Counted from the first letter of the stretch, positions 19,208 to 28,814 are shown. The stretch is 64,000 bases of DNA from an uncultured Gammaproteobacteria bacterium (GCA_964498425.1 CAZCGQ010000002.1:34193-98192); one strand, 5' to 3'. Numbers and translations are program-made. Notes: a model not told the origin generated them from the letters alone.

Positions 19208-19873
19208 TCAAGGGGCAGGTTGGTAAGGTTTGTCGTAGCATTTTTGGGATTTAGTATAACCCGCTTCTACAGCCTCTTTTTCTGAACAAAACCACTGTTC
19301 ACCACGGTCTAACTCAACAATAACATTGCTATAACCACTGCACCCAAGAAAGTGATAAATTTTATCTCCATAATGTTTTTCAATATTTCCCTTAATGGCA
19401 CATTTTGGGTCGGGCGGCGATTTTTGGGTGCATTTATAGCTGTAAACACCAATCTCATTATTTCGAGCATAATGAGATGCCTCTAGTAAAATGCCATCTT
19501 TAGATGTTCCGCTATTTTCATAACGAGCATAGCCATTTTTTAACATAATTTCGTTTACTAACAGATTACCTTGATAAACTAGGGCTATTGGTCGACCTCG
19601 TGAACCACGCCTGGACTCTTCTACTGCTATCCGTTTATTAAGAACGAGCTTCTCCAATGCTTGTTTTGCTTCTAACCCGTAACAAAATTCAGGTTCAGGA
19701 GCTTGAATTGACGCTAACCGAATCGCCTGATCCGGTTCAATTAAAATCGTATCACCATCAAAAACTTCCTTAACTAAAAATGGTTGTTTTTTATTAAATA
19801 TGTGATACAAATTTACAGCGATAGAAGTTAACAAAAGCAAACCCCCAAAATAAAGAAGCATTCTCTTACGCAT
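19208..19873 (-). CDS. Secreted/membrane-anchored thermonuclease (SNase-like) with a Cys-containing C-terminal domain
   Basis: N-terminal TM helix, FDGDTILI...IRLASIQAPE...GRPIALVY SNase core, C-terminal YHFLGCSGY...WFCSEKEAVEAGYTKSQKC. Confidence 0.7.
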   Translation of the reverse strand: MRKRMLLYFGGLLLLTSIAVNLYHIFNKKQPFLVKEVFDGDTILIEPDQAIRLASIQAPEPEFCYGLEAKQALEKLVLNKRIAVEESRRGSRGRPIALVYQGNLLVNEIMLKNGYARYENSGTSKDGILLEASHYARNNEIGVYSYKCTQKSPPDPKCAIKGNIEKHYGDKIYHFLGCSGYSNVIVELDRGEQWFCSEKEAVEAGYTKSQKCYDKPYQPAP

Positions 19874-19920
19874 TAATTTGATTATACAGAAAAAGTTAAA
19901 AAATATGTTATATTAAATTA

Positions 19921-20292
19921 GTGGTCAAAAAAGAACGCGACAAATCATCAAATTTAGAAGATGAATTTAGCATTAAGGCTAAAGATAGTTTTGGAGAAAA
20001 AGTTGGCAACGCAATAATAGGATTTGCTTCTTCCTGGGCATTTTTGATTATAAATATCTTTTTTTTCGCTGTCTGGCTTCTTTCAGGATTAAATTTTGAT
20101 TTATTAACAATGTGGGTTTCTTTGGAAGCAATTGTCCTAACCGTTTTAATCTTAATTCAAAGCAAGCAACTAGAAGAATCTGACCGAAGTCGTAGTATTA
20201 AGGACTATAAGATCGACGCTTCGATGGCCAAACGGCTGAAAAGAATGGAATTAAAGCTTGATGAATTTGTAAAGAAGGAAACTTCAAACTAA
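19921..20292 (+). CDS. DUF1003-like small membrane protein
   Basis: Two TM helices and a C-terminal coiled coil; pattern resembles DUF1003. Confidence 0.4.
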   Translation: MVKKERDKSSNLEDEFSIKAKDSFGEKVGNAIIGFASSWAFLIINIFFFAVWLLSGLNFDLLTMWVSLEAIVLTVLILIQSKQLEESDRSRSIKDYKIDASMAKRLKRMELKLDEFVKKETSN

Positions 20293-20293
20293 G

Positions 20294-21292
20294 ATGGTAA
20301 TTTCTACACCAGAAACTACTGAAACTCCTCAACTACCAAGCTGGCCGAGAAAGGATATTGACTACCGACCACAGGCAGTGGAAACAAGGATTAAGCCTGA
20401 CCAACAATTAGAAGTTGAATTTGATCCGGAAAAAATCATGATTGAGCCTCTGCCTGAGCATTTTTATGATCGGTATCAATTGTTAAAGAAAGTAGTAAAT
20501 GATGGCATGGATGAAATGGCTGATTTAGTCGAAAAAGGGGGAAACTTGGAAACGTTATTGGACAGTCTTGATAAAATTCATACTGTCACGGAATCCTGGG
20601 GAGAATATACCAGATCACCAGGCCAAAGAGACTTGAGCAGTTCTATCCGCCACGATGTTATTAATCGCATTGGAAACATCATCACCAGTATACAAGGAAC
20701 TGTTTTAGACCCTGAGGTTAAGAATGCTTATTTGGACATTGCTCAGGCAGAAAGTAAATCAGTAAAACCGGCAGTGGAAAGTTGGGCCAGGGTTTTGAAT
20801 GTTTTAAGGGGAGAGGAAGCCGAACCAATCCAACTCAATAAAGACTTTAGGCTAATTAGCGAAATAAATAACCTGGTTATTCCCAACCGCGAAAGCCGAA
20901 AGGTACTAGAAAATATCTATATCCCCGGCGGATTTTTACCGGTAATTGTCCTAAATCTTAAATCTAATTCGGATTTAGTTGCTAAGGAAAGGGGTATTCT
21001 TCCCAGCTTAAAATGTTCAGTTGGTGCAGTTGAAAATGAAGACCAAGATTGGCTTGTTTTTCGAGCCTGGGATGAAGCGGGAGGATTTGATGAGGAAATG
21101 TTTGATAACGGCCAGCTCAAAGTCGGCAAAACCACTCGTCAAGGCGGAACTGGCATTGGGTTGCAAACAATAGAAAGCTTTTTGGACTCAATGGATGGAA
21201 CAGCTACTGCCGGCAATTGGTCTGACCCGGAAACTGGTGAAACCAAAGGTGCCTACTTTGAATTCCGCATCCCGCTAAAAAAGAAGGAATAA
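20294..21292 (+). CDS. Soluble protein with a C-terminal GHKL (histidine-kinase-like) ATPase domain
   Basis: G1-like WDEAGGFD, G2 GGTGIGL, possible H-box SSIRHDVINRIG. No TM helix and no response regulator nearby. Confidence 0.45.
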   Translation: MVISTPETTETPQLPSWPRKDIDYRPQAVETRIKPDQQLEVEFDPEKIMIEPLPEHFYDRYQLLKKVVNDGMDEMADLVEKGGNLETLLDSLDKIHTVTESWGEYTRSPGQRDLSSSIRHDVINRIGNIITSIQGTVLDPEVKNAYLDIAQAESKSVKPAVESWARVLNVLRGEEAEPIQLNKDFRLISEINNLVIPNRESRKVLENIYIPGGFLPVIVLNLKSNSDLVAKERGILPSLKCSVGAVENEDQDWLVFRAWDEAGGFDEEMFDNGQLKVGKTTRQGGTGIGLQTIESFLDSMDGTATAGNWSDPETGETKGAYFEFRIPLKKKE

Positions 21293-21318
21293 GCTACGGA
21301 AGGGCAAGCAGTAAATTT

Positions 21319-22533
21319 TTATTTATCTTCTTTTCTATAATACCTACGCCCCACAAGATTAGTTGGCAACAAATTCTTTTTTTCATCGGGATACATTTCG
21401 TAACCCTTGCCGTAATCTAGATCTTCCATCAATTTTGTTGGGGCGTTGCGGAGATGGAGGGGAATAGGCAAATTACCGTGTTCCTTGACATCTTTCTGGG
21501 CGGCACGCAGGGCGTTGTAAGCGGAACGGTCTTTTTCAGCGGTTGCGAGATAAACCGTGCCATGGGCAAGATTAATGGCACATTCTGGATAACCGATGGT
21601 TTCGCAAGCCCTGAAAACCTCATTGGCAACAACCAAGGCGGTCGGCTGGGCCATACCGATGTCTTCAGATGCAAATATCACCATCCGGCGGGCTATAAAA
21701 AGCGGGTCTTCGCCAGCATCAACCATTCGGGCAAGATAATAAATTGCCGCGTCTGGGTCGGAAGCCCGCATGGATTTAATGTAGGCAGAGATAGTGTTGT
21801 AGTGTTCTTCACCTTTCTTATCAAACCGCAGATGTTTTGACTGCAAGGTTTCCTTAAAACTTTTTATGGTTAACCGGCCGTAAAGCTCAAAGGTATTTTC
21901 AATCATAGCCACAGCCTGACGGGCATCGCCATTAGCCATACCGATCAACCATTCCTTAGACTCTTCTTTAAAACTTATCTTTTCATCTTTAATTTCAGCT
22001 AGTTCAGTAACTGCCCGGTCAACCACTTCGGCCATATCATCTTCATTTAAAGCATTGAGGGTAAAAACTCGACAACGAGACAAGAGGGGAGAAATAACTT
22101 CAAAACTTGGGTTTTCTGTTGTCGCTCCGATTAAGGTAATTGTTCCTTCTTCAACAAAGGGAAGCAAATAATCTTGCTGGGCTTTGTTAAACCGGTGAAT
22201 TTCATCAAGAAAGAGAACAACCCGTTGTGAATTGTCAATTTTATCTAACAAATCCGGTTGTTTGCCCCGAATTTGTTTAATAATTTTTCGAATATCTTCT
22301 TTCTTGGCAGAGACAGCCGAAAGATGAATAAACTTGGCTTCGGTTTCGTTGGCAATTATTCGGGCTAAAGTAGTTTTGCCGCACCCTGGTGGACCCCAAA
22401 ATATCATTGAAAATATTTTGTCTTGCTCAATGGCTAACCGAATCGGTTTGCCTTGACCAACTAAATGCTTTTGGCCAATAAATTCATTTAAATTATCTGG
22501 TCTGATTTTATCTGCTAACGGTTGTTGAGGCAT
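21319..22533 (-). CDS. rarA: Replication-associated recombination protein RarA/MgsA
   Basis: FWGPPGCGKTTLARIIA (Walker A), FLDEIHRFNK, MgsA C-terminal helical domains. Confidence 0.85.
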   Translation of the reverse strand: MPQQPLADKIRPDNLNEFIGQKHLVGQGKPIRLAIEQDKIFSMIFWGPPGCGKTTLARIIANETEAKFIHLSAVSAKKEDIRKIIKQIRGKQPDLLDKIDNSQRVVLFLDEIHRFNKAQQDYLLPFVEEGTITLIGATTENPSFEVISPLLSRCRVFTLNALNEDDMAEVVDRAVTELAEIKDEKISFKEESKEWLIGMANGDARQAVAMIENTFELYGRLTIKSFKETLQSKHLRFDKKGEEHYNTISAYIKSMRASDPDAAIYYLARMVDAGEDPLFIARRMVIFASEDIGMAQPTALVVANEVFRACETIGYPECAINLAHGTVYLATAEKDRSAYNALRAAQKDVKEHGNLPIPLHLRNAPTKLMEDLDYGKGYEMYPDEKKNLLPTNLVGRRYYRKEDK

Positions 22534-22568
22534 AGTTTATTATACCTTAAGAAGTGTTATAATTAACT

Positions 22569-23210
22569 ATGGCTGAAGATAAGAATGGGTTTAACGCCAA
22601 GGCGTTGTTAATTATCGGTGCTGTTGGTTTGTGGATTGTAGGTGCTTATTTAATCAACCAGGGAAAACCGGGCTTTCTTGGCCAACCGGAACCAACCCCA
22701 ACGCCGTTGCCTAGCCCAACCTCAACCCCAATGCCAATGCCTACTCCATTTTTGCAAGAATACGAAAGCGAGGATTTAGGTGTAAAATTATCCTATCCGC
22801 AAAACTGGCTATTAGAGGAATCTAATAATTTGATGCAAATTACCAACTACAACCCGGAAAATGCTCCCGGTCGAGGCTATGTCCCAGAAGTAGATGGAGA
22901 TTTATTTAAAGTAGAAATGTACTTAGATACTGAATACTCTGATGTTGAGGAATGGTTAACAAACAAGCTGAATGAACCGGACCCGATTACCGGGGAGCCG
23001 CTGGAGATTACGAATAGAAATGATATATCCATCGACGGGAATAATGGTATTTTTTACGAAACGGAAAGCCCAATGACCGGGTTGAAGCTTGGCAACGTTC
23101 ATATTGAAACACCGGATAAGGGAATACTTCATATTTACGGTCAGCTTAATTATCCTGACCACACCGAAGACTTTACTGAGATATACCAATCAGTAGAATT
23201 TATTGAGTAA
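22569..23210 (+). CDS. Membrane-anchored hypothetical protein with a Pro/Thr-rich linker
   Basis: TM helix followed by PEPTPTPLPSPTSTPMPMPTP and a globular domain. Confidence 0.4.
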   Translation: MAEDKNGFNAKALLIIGAVGLWIVGAYLINQGKPGFLGQPEPTPTPLPSPTSTPMPMPTPFLQEYESEDLGVKLSYPQNWLLEESNNLMQITNYNPENAPGRGYVPEVDGDLFKVEMYLDTEYSDVEEWLTNKLNEPDPITGEPLEITNRNDISIDGNNGIFYETESPMTGLKLGNVHIETPDKGILHIYGQLNYPDHTEDFTEIYQSVEFIE

Positions 23211-23598
23211 TACTTACTGTTACTTGGCGTTGACTGCGGGGACCGTCAAGCTCGACTAAAAAAATTTGCTGCCAAGTGCCTCGCTGCAATTTGCTGTTTT
23301 TGACCGGTATAAATTTTGCCTGGCCAATTAGACCTGACATAAGATGAGCTTCTGCATTGTTGTCAATTTGATTGTGTTCCCAATTTTGGCCTGAAGGCAA
23401 ACTGCCAATAAAATCTTGCCAGTCATTAAGAAGACCGGTTTCATTTTCAGTTATTAAAACAGCGGCAGTGGAATGGGTGACGAAAACTAAACAATTACCT
23501 TCAGTGATACCGGATTGACTAACAATTTTCTCTACCCGGTTAGTGATATCAACTAATTCAACCTCGTCATTGGTTGATATTGTGAACTGCTGATTCAT
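23200..23598 (-). CDS. YjbQ/UPF0047 family protein
   Basis: GNCLVFVTHSTAAVLITENE...NAEAHLMSGLIG matches the YjbQ family. Confidence 0.7.
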   Translation of the reverse strand: MNQQFTISTNDEVELVDITNRVEKIVSQSGITEGNCLVFVTHSTAAVLITENETGLLNDWQDFIGSLPSGQNWEHNQIDNNAEAHLMSGLIGQAKFIPVKNSKLQRGTWQQIFLVELDGPRSQRQVTVSITQ

Positions 23599-23621
23599 AA
23601 TTTATTGTAACATAGGGGGAG

Positions 23622-24803
23622 CTAGTTACTGTTAGCTATAAGCTTGAATGCAACGGGAAAAACTGTGATAACAGTAATTAGGCCGAGAACGGTATAAATT
23701 AAACCGGTGCCAACTGCTTCTTGAACTTGGCCGCCGAAGAATATAAAAGCCCCGGAAATAATGCTGACGAGCATGTTTAAAGCTGAAATTGCAGTTGCCC
23801 GATAACGAGATTGAAATTCGATATTAGTGTATTCATTTAAGATGGCAAACCGAGCAGAGCCGGTAAGCTGGGTTAAGAGCAAGATTACAGCCCCATATAT
23901 TTTGCCAGAGAAATTGGCCGGAACTAGGGCTAAACCGATTATCAGCGGCAAACCGAGGTAAACCCGTTTTCTTGTAAGAAATTTTTCGCTCCGGGTAAGA
24001 ATAATGAGCAGAATAGAGGTAATGAAATAGGTTGCTGAAAATACCCAGCTCCGGCTGATTTCGTTGAAGCCAACCTCCAAGGCAAACGGTTGATTGAAAT
24101 AAAAAATACAGGCCCAGGTAATCGAACCAACTAAGACATAATAAGCTGACAATAGTTTGATGTGAGTATTTTTTAAAATTTCATTAAAGCCAATTTTAGT
24201 CTGGGTAAGGTAAGATTTTAAACTAAATTTTTCAGTGTCAATTTTGGGCTCTTGCATCAAACCAAATATTAAGGTTGCAACGAGCAAACTGACCCCATGA
24301 GCTAAATAGGGCAGTCCTATCCAGATTTGATAAAGGTAACCGCCAAGAAGACTAGCCAAGCCCAAGGCTGAGCGATGAACTAAGCCCATGACAGAAAAAT
24401 ATTTGGAAAAGTTTTTTTCTTCGCCGAGTTCTTTTAAGCTGTCAAATAACAAAGCGGTGTCTGCCCCGGAGACTAAGGCAGAACCAATGCTAATTAAGCC
24501 ATAACCAAGGTATAAATGTACCGGTAAGGAAGCAAAGGAAAGAAAGGCAGTTGCTAGACCATTAATTAAATAGCCGAGAAATATTGTTTTTTTTCTGCCA
24601 AGAAGGTCGGCTAAGGCTCCAGTGGGGAGTTCTAAAATGGTGGTACTGACAGAAGCAATGGCGGTATAAATAGCAATTACTGAATAACTAACTATCCTTC
24701 TTTCAAAGTTAACCCAAATAGGGATAAGAAAAACCAAGGCGGTGAAAAAACTGGTTAGATTAAAAAGGAAGATATTTCTTTTTAAACGAGCTTTGTATTT
24801 CAT
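23622..24803 (-). CDS. MFS transporter
   Basis: About 12 TM segments with an MFS-type GR[KR]-like loop (LLGRKKTIFLGY). Confidence 0.65.
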   Translation of the reverse strand: MKYKARLKRNIFLFNLTSFFTALVFLIPIWVNFERRIVSYSVIAIYTAIASVSTTILELPTGALADLLGRKKTIFLGYLINGLATAFLSFASLPVHLYLGYGLISIGSALVSGADTALLFDSLKELGEEKNFSKYFSVMGLVHRSALGLASLLGGYLYQIWIGLPYLAHGVSLLVATLIFGLMQEPKIDTEKFSLKSYLTQTKIGFNEILKNTHIKLLSAYYVLVGSITWACIFYFNQPFALEVGFNEISRSWVFSATYFITSILLIILTRSEKFLTRKRVYLGLPLIIGLALVPANFSGKIYGAVILLLTQLTGSARFAILNEYTNIEFQSRYRATAISALNMLVSIISGAFIFFGGQVQEAVGTGLIYTVLGLITVITVFPVAFKLIANSN

Positions 24804-24819
24804 AATTTTGATTTTACCA

Positions 24820-26046
24820 CTAACTAACTGTCCCTAGATGGGGGAGATTAAATTTTCGGGGGCGGTCTTCTAAAGCAGGTAAACTGGAAGCTAAGGTCAG
24901 AATTTGACTGCCGTAGCGTTGTTTGAGCTTGTCGACATGATAATAAACTTGGTCTAGTTTTTGCTTTCTTAATTTTGACGAGAATAAGTCCATTTGAACT
25001 TTACCAGCTGGCTGGAGCCTTTTCATGGTTACTCCGGTGGCTCGGTAGGTAATTCGGGGACGAAACATTTTTTGAAAAGCCCGTTTGACAGCTAAAGACA
25101 TTTCCTGAGGGTTGTTGGTCGGAGTGTCGAACTTGACAACTTCGGCTTGGAAATTAAAGGTTTGGGTTTTTAACATAACATTAACCTGCCCGGCAACCAT
25201 TTTTAAACTTCTTAGTCGAGAACAAGCTTTTTCTAAGTTTTTGGTCAGTTCGCCGAAAACTTTGTCGGCTTTGTCGGAAGCGGGATGAAAAGTCCTTGAC
25301 CGGGTAATTGATTGATAGGCTTCTTTCTCACCAAGATCTAGTTGGTAAACTTTGTCGCCGTTGAGTTCCTGCCAAGTTTCATGATGGGGTTTGGTTAAAT
25401 GCTTTTTGACCCAAGATTCAGGCCTTTGGGCAAAGTCCCAAGCGTCTTTGACACCGAGCTTTTTGAGATAAGCACTGGTTTGGCTGCCGATGCCCCATAT
25501 TTCGGAAAGGGGTAGGTCTTTGAGGTGGTGGTGAATTCGATTGCCTGGTATAGCAACCAAACCAGATGGCTTATCCCACTCGGACGCAATTTTAGCAATA
25601 GTTTTATTCGGGCCCAATCCAACGGAAACAGTGATGCCTAAGTCGGATTCAATTTTTTCTTTGATCTGGCGGGCAATGCCTAGATAGGAAGTGTTGTAGG
25701 GACGGCGTAAACCGGTCAAATCAGCAAAACACTCGTCAACAGAATATTTTTCAACTTCGGGAGTGAACTGGGTGATGATATTGAACAAGCGTTGGGAAAA
25801 AAGGTGATAAACTTCATAGTCAGAATTGACAAAGTTACAGTCCGGGCAAAGCTGTTTGATTTTTGAGCCAAGCATGCCACGTTTGATACCGTAACGTTTG
25901 GCTTCATAACTTATTGCTGTCGCTAACCCTCTTTCTGCCCCAATAACAACCGGTTTACCTTTTAATTTCGGGTTTAACGCTTGAGCACAAGAGGCAAAAA
26001 AAGCGTCGCCGTCAACATGGAGAAGGGAAGGAGCGTTTATCGGCAT
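24820..26046 (-). CDS. dinB: DNA polymerase IV (Y-family)
   Basis: LHVDGDAFFASCAQ (catalytic DxD..F), Y-family palm/fingers, little-finger C-terminal domain. Start overlaps the lexA stop. Confidence 0.85.
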   Translation of the reverse strand: MPINAPSLLHVDGDAFFASCAQALNPKLKGKPVVIGAERGLATAISYEAKRYGIKRGMLGSKIKQLCPDCNFVNSDYEVYHLFSQRLFNIITQFTPEVEKYSVDECFADLTGLRRPYNTSYLGIARQIKEKIESDLGITVSVGLGPNKTIAKIASEWDKPSGLVAIPGNRIHHHLKDLPLSEIWGIGSQTSAYLKKLGVKDAWDFAQRPESWVKKHLTKPHHETWQELNGDKVYQLDLGEKEAYQSITRSRTFHPASDKADKVFGELTKNLEKACSRLRSLKMVAGQVNVMLKTQTFNFQAEVVKFDTPTNNPQEMSLAVKRAFQKMFRPRITYRATGVTMKRLQPAGKVQMDLFSSKLRKQKLDQVYYHVDKLKQRYGSQILTLASSLPALEDRPRKFNLPHLGTVS

Positions 26047-26609
26047 TTGCGAATAACTCCTTTGACAATAGCTGCAACTTTTAAATCTTCCTGAGGATAG
26101 ATTGGTTTAAAATCTTTGTTGGCCGGCATGAGATATGGCCGACCGTTTTTCTTTTGCAAATATTTCATCGTCCACTCACCGTCAACTTCGGCAATGACAA
26201 TCCGACCAAAGTCGGCTCGGTCGGTTTTTTCAACTAAAACAAGATCGCCGGGTAAAATGCCGGCGTCTTTCATAGATAAGCCTTTGACTTCTAAAAGATA
26301 GGTTGATTCTTTGTTGTCGATTAGGAATTCATCTAGACTGACGGTGTCGACAAAGTCTTCTTGAGCATCGGTTGGAAAACCGGCTTCAACTTGACCCAAA
26401 ATTGGAGTTTGGCCGTAAAGGTTATTGGGAATCAGTCGTCCCTGACCGTCCTGAGAAACAAATTTTTCAGCAACCAGCTTTTTGACGAGTTTGTAAACGG
26501 AGTTTTTGGAATTATAGTCGAACATGTCCATCATTTCCCGATAAGTAGGCATGCGTTTGTTTTGCTGATAGAAGTTTCTGACTTTTTTCTTTTTGTTTTT
26601 TAAGGTCAT
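26037..26609 (-). CDS. lexA: LexA repressor (S24 peptidase)
   Basis: N-terminal winged HTH, GQVEAGFP cleavage region, GLSM...K Ser-Lys dyad (EVKGLSMKDAGILPGDLVLV; TMKYL). Confidence 0.85.
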   Translation of the reverse strand: MTLKNKKKKVRNFYQQNKRMPTYREMMDMFDYNSKNSVYKLVKKLVAEKFVSQDGQGRLIPNNLYGQTPILGQVEAGFPTDAQEDFVDTVSLDEFLIDNKESTYLLEVKGLSMKDAGILPGDLVLVEKTDRADFGRIVIAEVDGEWTMKYLQKKNGRPYLMPANKDFKPIYPQEDLKVAAIVKGVIRKCR

Positions 26610-26620
26610 GATTTAATACT

Positions 26621-26638
26621 AGTGAACGATCGTTCACT
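26621..26638. promoter_or_regulatory. SOS box: perfect 18-bp palindrome AGTGAACGATCGTTCACT (GAAC-N4-GTTC, Cheo-box type)
   Basis: Sits 12 bp upstream of the lexA start, in the divergent intergenic region shared with the nuclease/helicase operon. Confidence 0.7.
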
Positions 26639-26700
26639 TGTCAAGAGGGAATTTCACTTCAAAAAAATAATCTAGAACTTCTATGTGTTACAATTTTTGT

Positions 26701-27567
26701 ATGGAGCAGGATAAATACGAGGCGTTGTGGCTGTCGCATACCAAAATTCAGGCTTATTTGAAGTGCCCGCGGGCTTATTACCTTAAAAACATCTACCGTA
26801 ATCCGGATACAGGGAATAAAATCCAGTTGATGCAGCCGCCATTGGCTCTTGGCCAAGCGGTTCATGAGGTTTTGGAAAGCATCGCAGATTTACCTAAGGA
26901 GGAACGGTTTAAAACTTCGCTGTTAGCTAGATTGAAAAATGTTTGGAAAAACGTTTCTGGGAAGAAAGGTGGTTTTTTTTCCGATGAGGTTGAAAATCAA
27001 TATCGGCGTGAAGCGGAGGAAATGCTGGAAGCAGTAACCGATAAGCCGGGACCGCTGAAACGGTTGGCTGTAAAGATTAATATGGATCTACCTCATTACT
27101 GGTTGTCTAAAGAGGATAATTTTATTCTTAGCGGCAAGATTGACTGGCTGGAATATTTGCCTGAGACGGATTCGGTCCATATTATTGATTTTAAAACTGG
27201 GCAAGCCCGGAATGACGAGAATTCACTTCAACTGCCAATTTACCGGCTGCTGGTAGAAAACTGTCAAACCTGGCCGGTTGAAAAGGCAAGTTATTGGTAT
27301 TTGCGCCACAATAAAATGGAGGAAAAGAAGTTGCCCTCAAGCGAGGAAGCTAAAAAGAAAGTGATGAAGATTGGCAAAAAGATTAAGCTGTCTGGACAGT
27401 TGAATAAGTTTCCTTGTCCGGAAGGGGAAAAGGGGTGCCGATACTGCCGGTCGCTAGAAAGAATTGTTAATGGAGAAGGGGAGTTGGTTGGCCAGGGGAA
27501 ATACGGTAGTGATATTTTTGTTCTTCCTAAAGAAAAGACGACTAAAAAGAAAGCTACACTTCTTTGA
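26701..27567 (+). CDS. PD-(D/E)XK nuclease of the Cas4/AddB/RecB family with a 4-Cys Fe-S cluster
   Basis: Cys near the N-terminus (YLKCPRAY), GKIDWLE, HIIDFKTGQ (D/ExK), QLPIYRLL (QxxxY), C-terminal CPEGEKGCRYC. The ORF could start at 26683. Confidence 0.65.
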   Translation: MEQDKYEALWLSHTKIQAYLKCPRAYYLKNIYRNPDTGNKIQLMQPPLALGQAVHEVLESIADLPKEERFKTSLLARLKNVWKNVSGKKGGFFSDEVENQYRREAEEMLEAVTDKPGPLKRLAVKINMDLPHYWLSKEDNFILSGKIDWLEYLPETDSVHIIDFKTGQARNDENSLQLPIYRLLVENCQTWPVEKASYWYLRHNKMEEKKLPSSEEAKKKVMKIGKKIKLSGQLNKFPCPEGEKGCRYCRSLERIVNGEGELVGQGKYGSDIFVLPKEKTTKKKATLL

Positions 27568-27582
27568 TAGAATTATTTTGCG

Positions 27583-28773
27583 GTGAAATTGAGTAATGAC
27601 CAAAAATTGGTTTTGAGAGAAATTTGGAAGTGGGTCTTCAAGAAGGAGTTTGATTCCAAGTTTAAGAATAAGTCCTTTTTGACTTTTGGGGGGTATGCTG
27701 GAACAGGGAAAACAACGATGATGGCGGTTTTTCGACAGGGACTTCATCAACGTAAACCAAAAAAGAAGGTGGCTTTTTGTTCTTACACTGGTAAAGCAAC
27801 CCGGGTTTTGGAACAAACTTTGGATAAGTTTAGCGCTAAACTTCCGGGCGATAAGTCCGGAACAATCCACTCATTGATTTATGAACCAATAACTAATGAT
27901 AACGGCCAAGTTATTGGCTGGCAGAAAAAGAAAACACTGGAGGTGGATTTAATTATTGTTGATGAAGCGTCGATGGTGGACGGCTACATCTGGTCAGATT
28001 TGCAGTCGTTTGGCGTACCTATTTTAGCGGTTGGCGACCACGGCCAACTCCCGCCAATTCGAGGCGAGTTTAATTTAATGGAAACACCGGATATTAAACT
28101 GGAAAAAATTCATCGCCAGGCTAAGGGAAACCCGATTATTGAGTTGTCGGAAAAAGTTCGCCAAGGGGAGAAAATCCCCATTGGTGATTTTGGCCAGGTA
28201 AAAAAGTTTGACCAAACTGACTGGGAAACCAAGGCAGTGGTTGATGACATCGTTAGCAATTATGACGATAATTGGCTGATTTTGGTTGGCTATAACCGGT
28301 CACGGGTTCAACTGAATAATGAAATCCGCCAAGTTAATGGAATGATGACGGAAGAACCGCAAAGCGGAGATAGAGTAATTTGTTTGAAGAATAATTATGA
28401 AAAGGGGATTTACAACGGTATCCGAGGAGTAATAACCTCGATTCAAGAAAAAGAAGATGCCGAGGGCAGAGGATTGTGGTATGAAATGTCAGCCAAAATG
28501 GATGATGGAGTTAATTACTCCGGTAGGGTTTTGCAAGAACAGTTTAACGCTAAAAAAACAATTAATAAACCTGATGATTTGGATTACAAAGATATGGGGG
28601 ATTTGTTTGATTACGGCTATGTTTTAACTGTTCATAAGGCCCAAGGGAGTCAAGCCCCAAAGGTGCTTCTTTTTGAAGAACGATTTAAACAGATGACTGA
28701 CGATGATTGGCGGCGGTGGCTGTACACCGCGGTTACCCGAGCCGAAGAAGAACTGATCATTATTGGGAATTAA
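27583..28773 (+). CDS. SF1B RecD/Dda-like DNA helicase
   Basis: GGYAGTGKTTMM (Walker A), IIVDEASMVD (Walker B), VGDHGQLPPI, VLTVHKAQGSQAPKV, TAVTRAEEEL. Confidence 0.75.
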   Translation: MKLSNDQKLVLREIWKWVFKKEFDSKFKNKSFLTFGGYAGTGKTTMMAVFRQGLHQRKPKKKVAFCSYTGKATRVLEQTLDKFSAKLPGDKSGTIHSLIYEPITNDNGQVIGWQKKKTLEVDLIIVDEASMVDGYIWSDLQSFGVPILAVGDHGQLPPIRGEFNLMETPDIKLEKIHRQAKGNPIIELSEKVRQGEKIPIGDFGQVKKFDQTDWETKAVVDDIVSNYDDNWLILVGYNRSRVQLNNEIRQVNGMMTEEPQSGDRVICLKNNYEKGIYNGIRGVITSIQEKEDAEGRGLWYEMSAKMDDGVNYSGRVLQEQFNAKKTINKPDDLDYKDMGDLFDYGYVLTVHKAQGSQAPKVLLFEERFKQMTDDDWRRWLYTAVTRAEEELIIIGN

Positions 28774-28814
28774 TCCATCATCTTTATAACTTTAATATTA
28801 TGTTATAATCTGCG

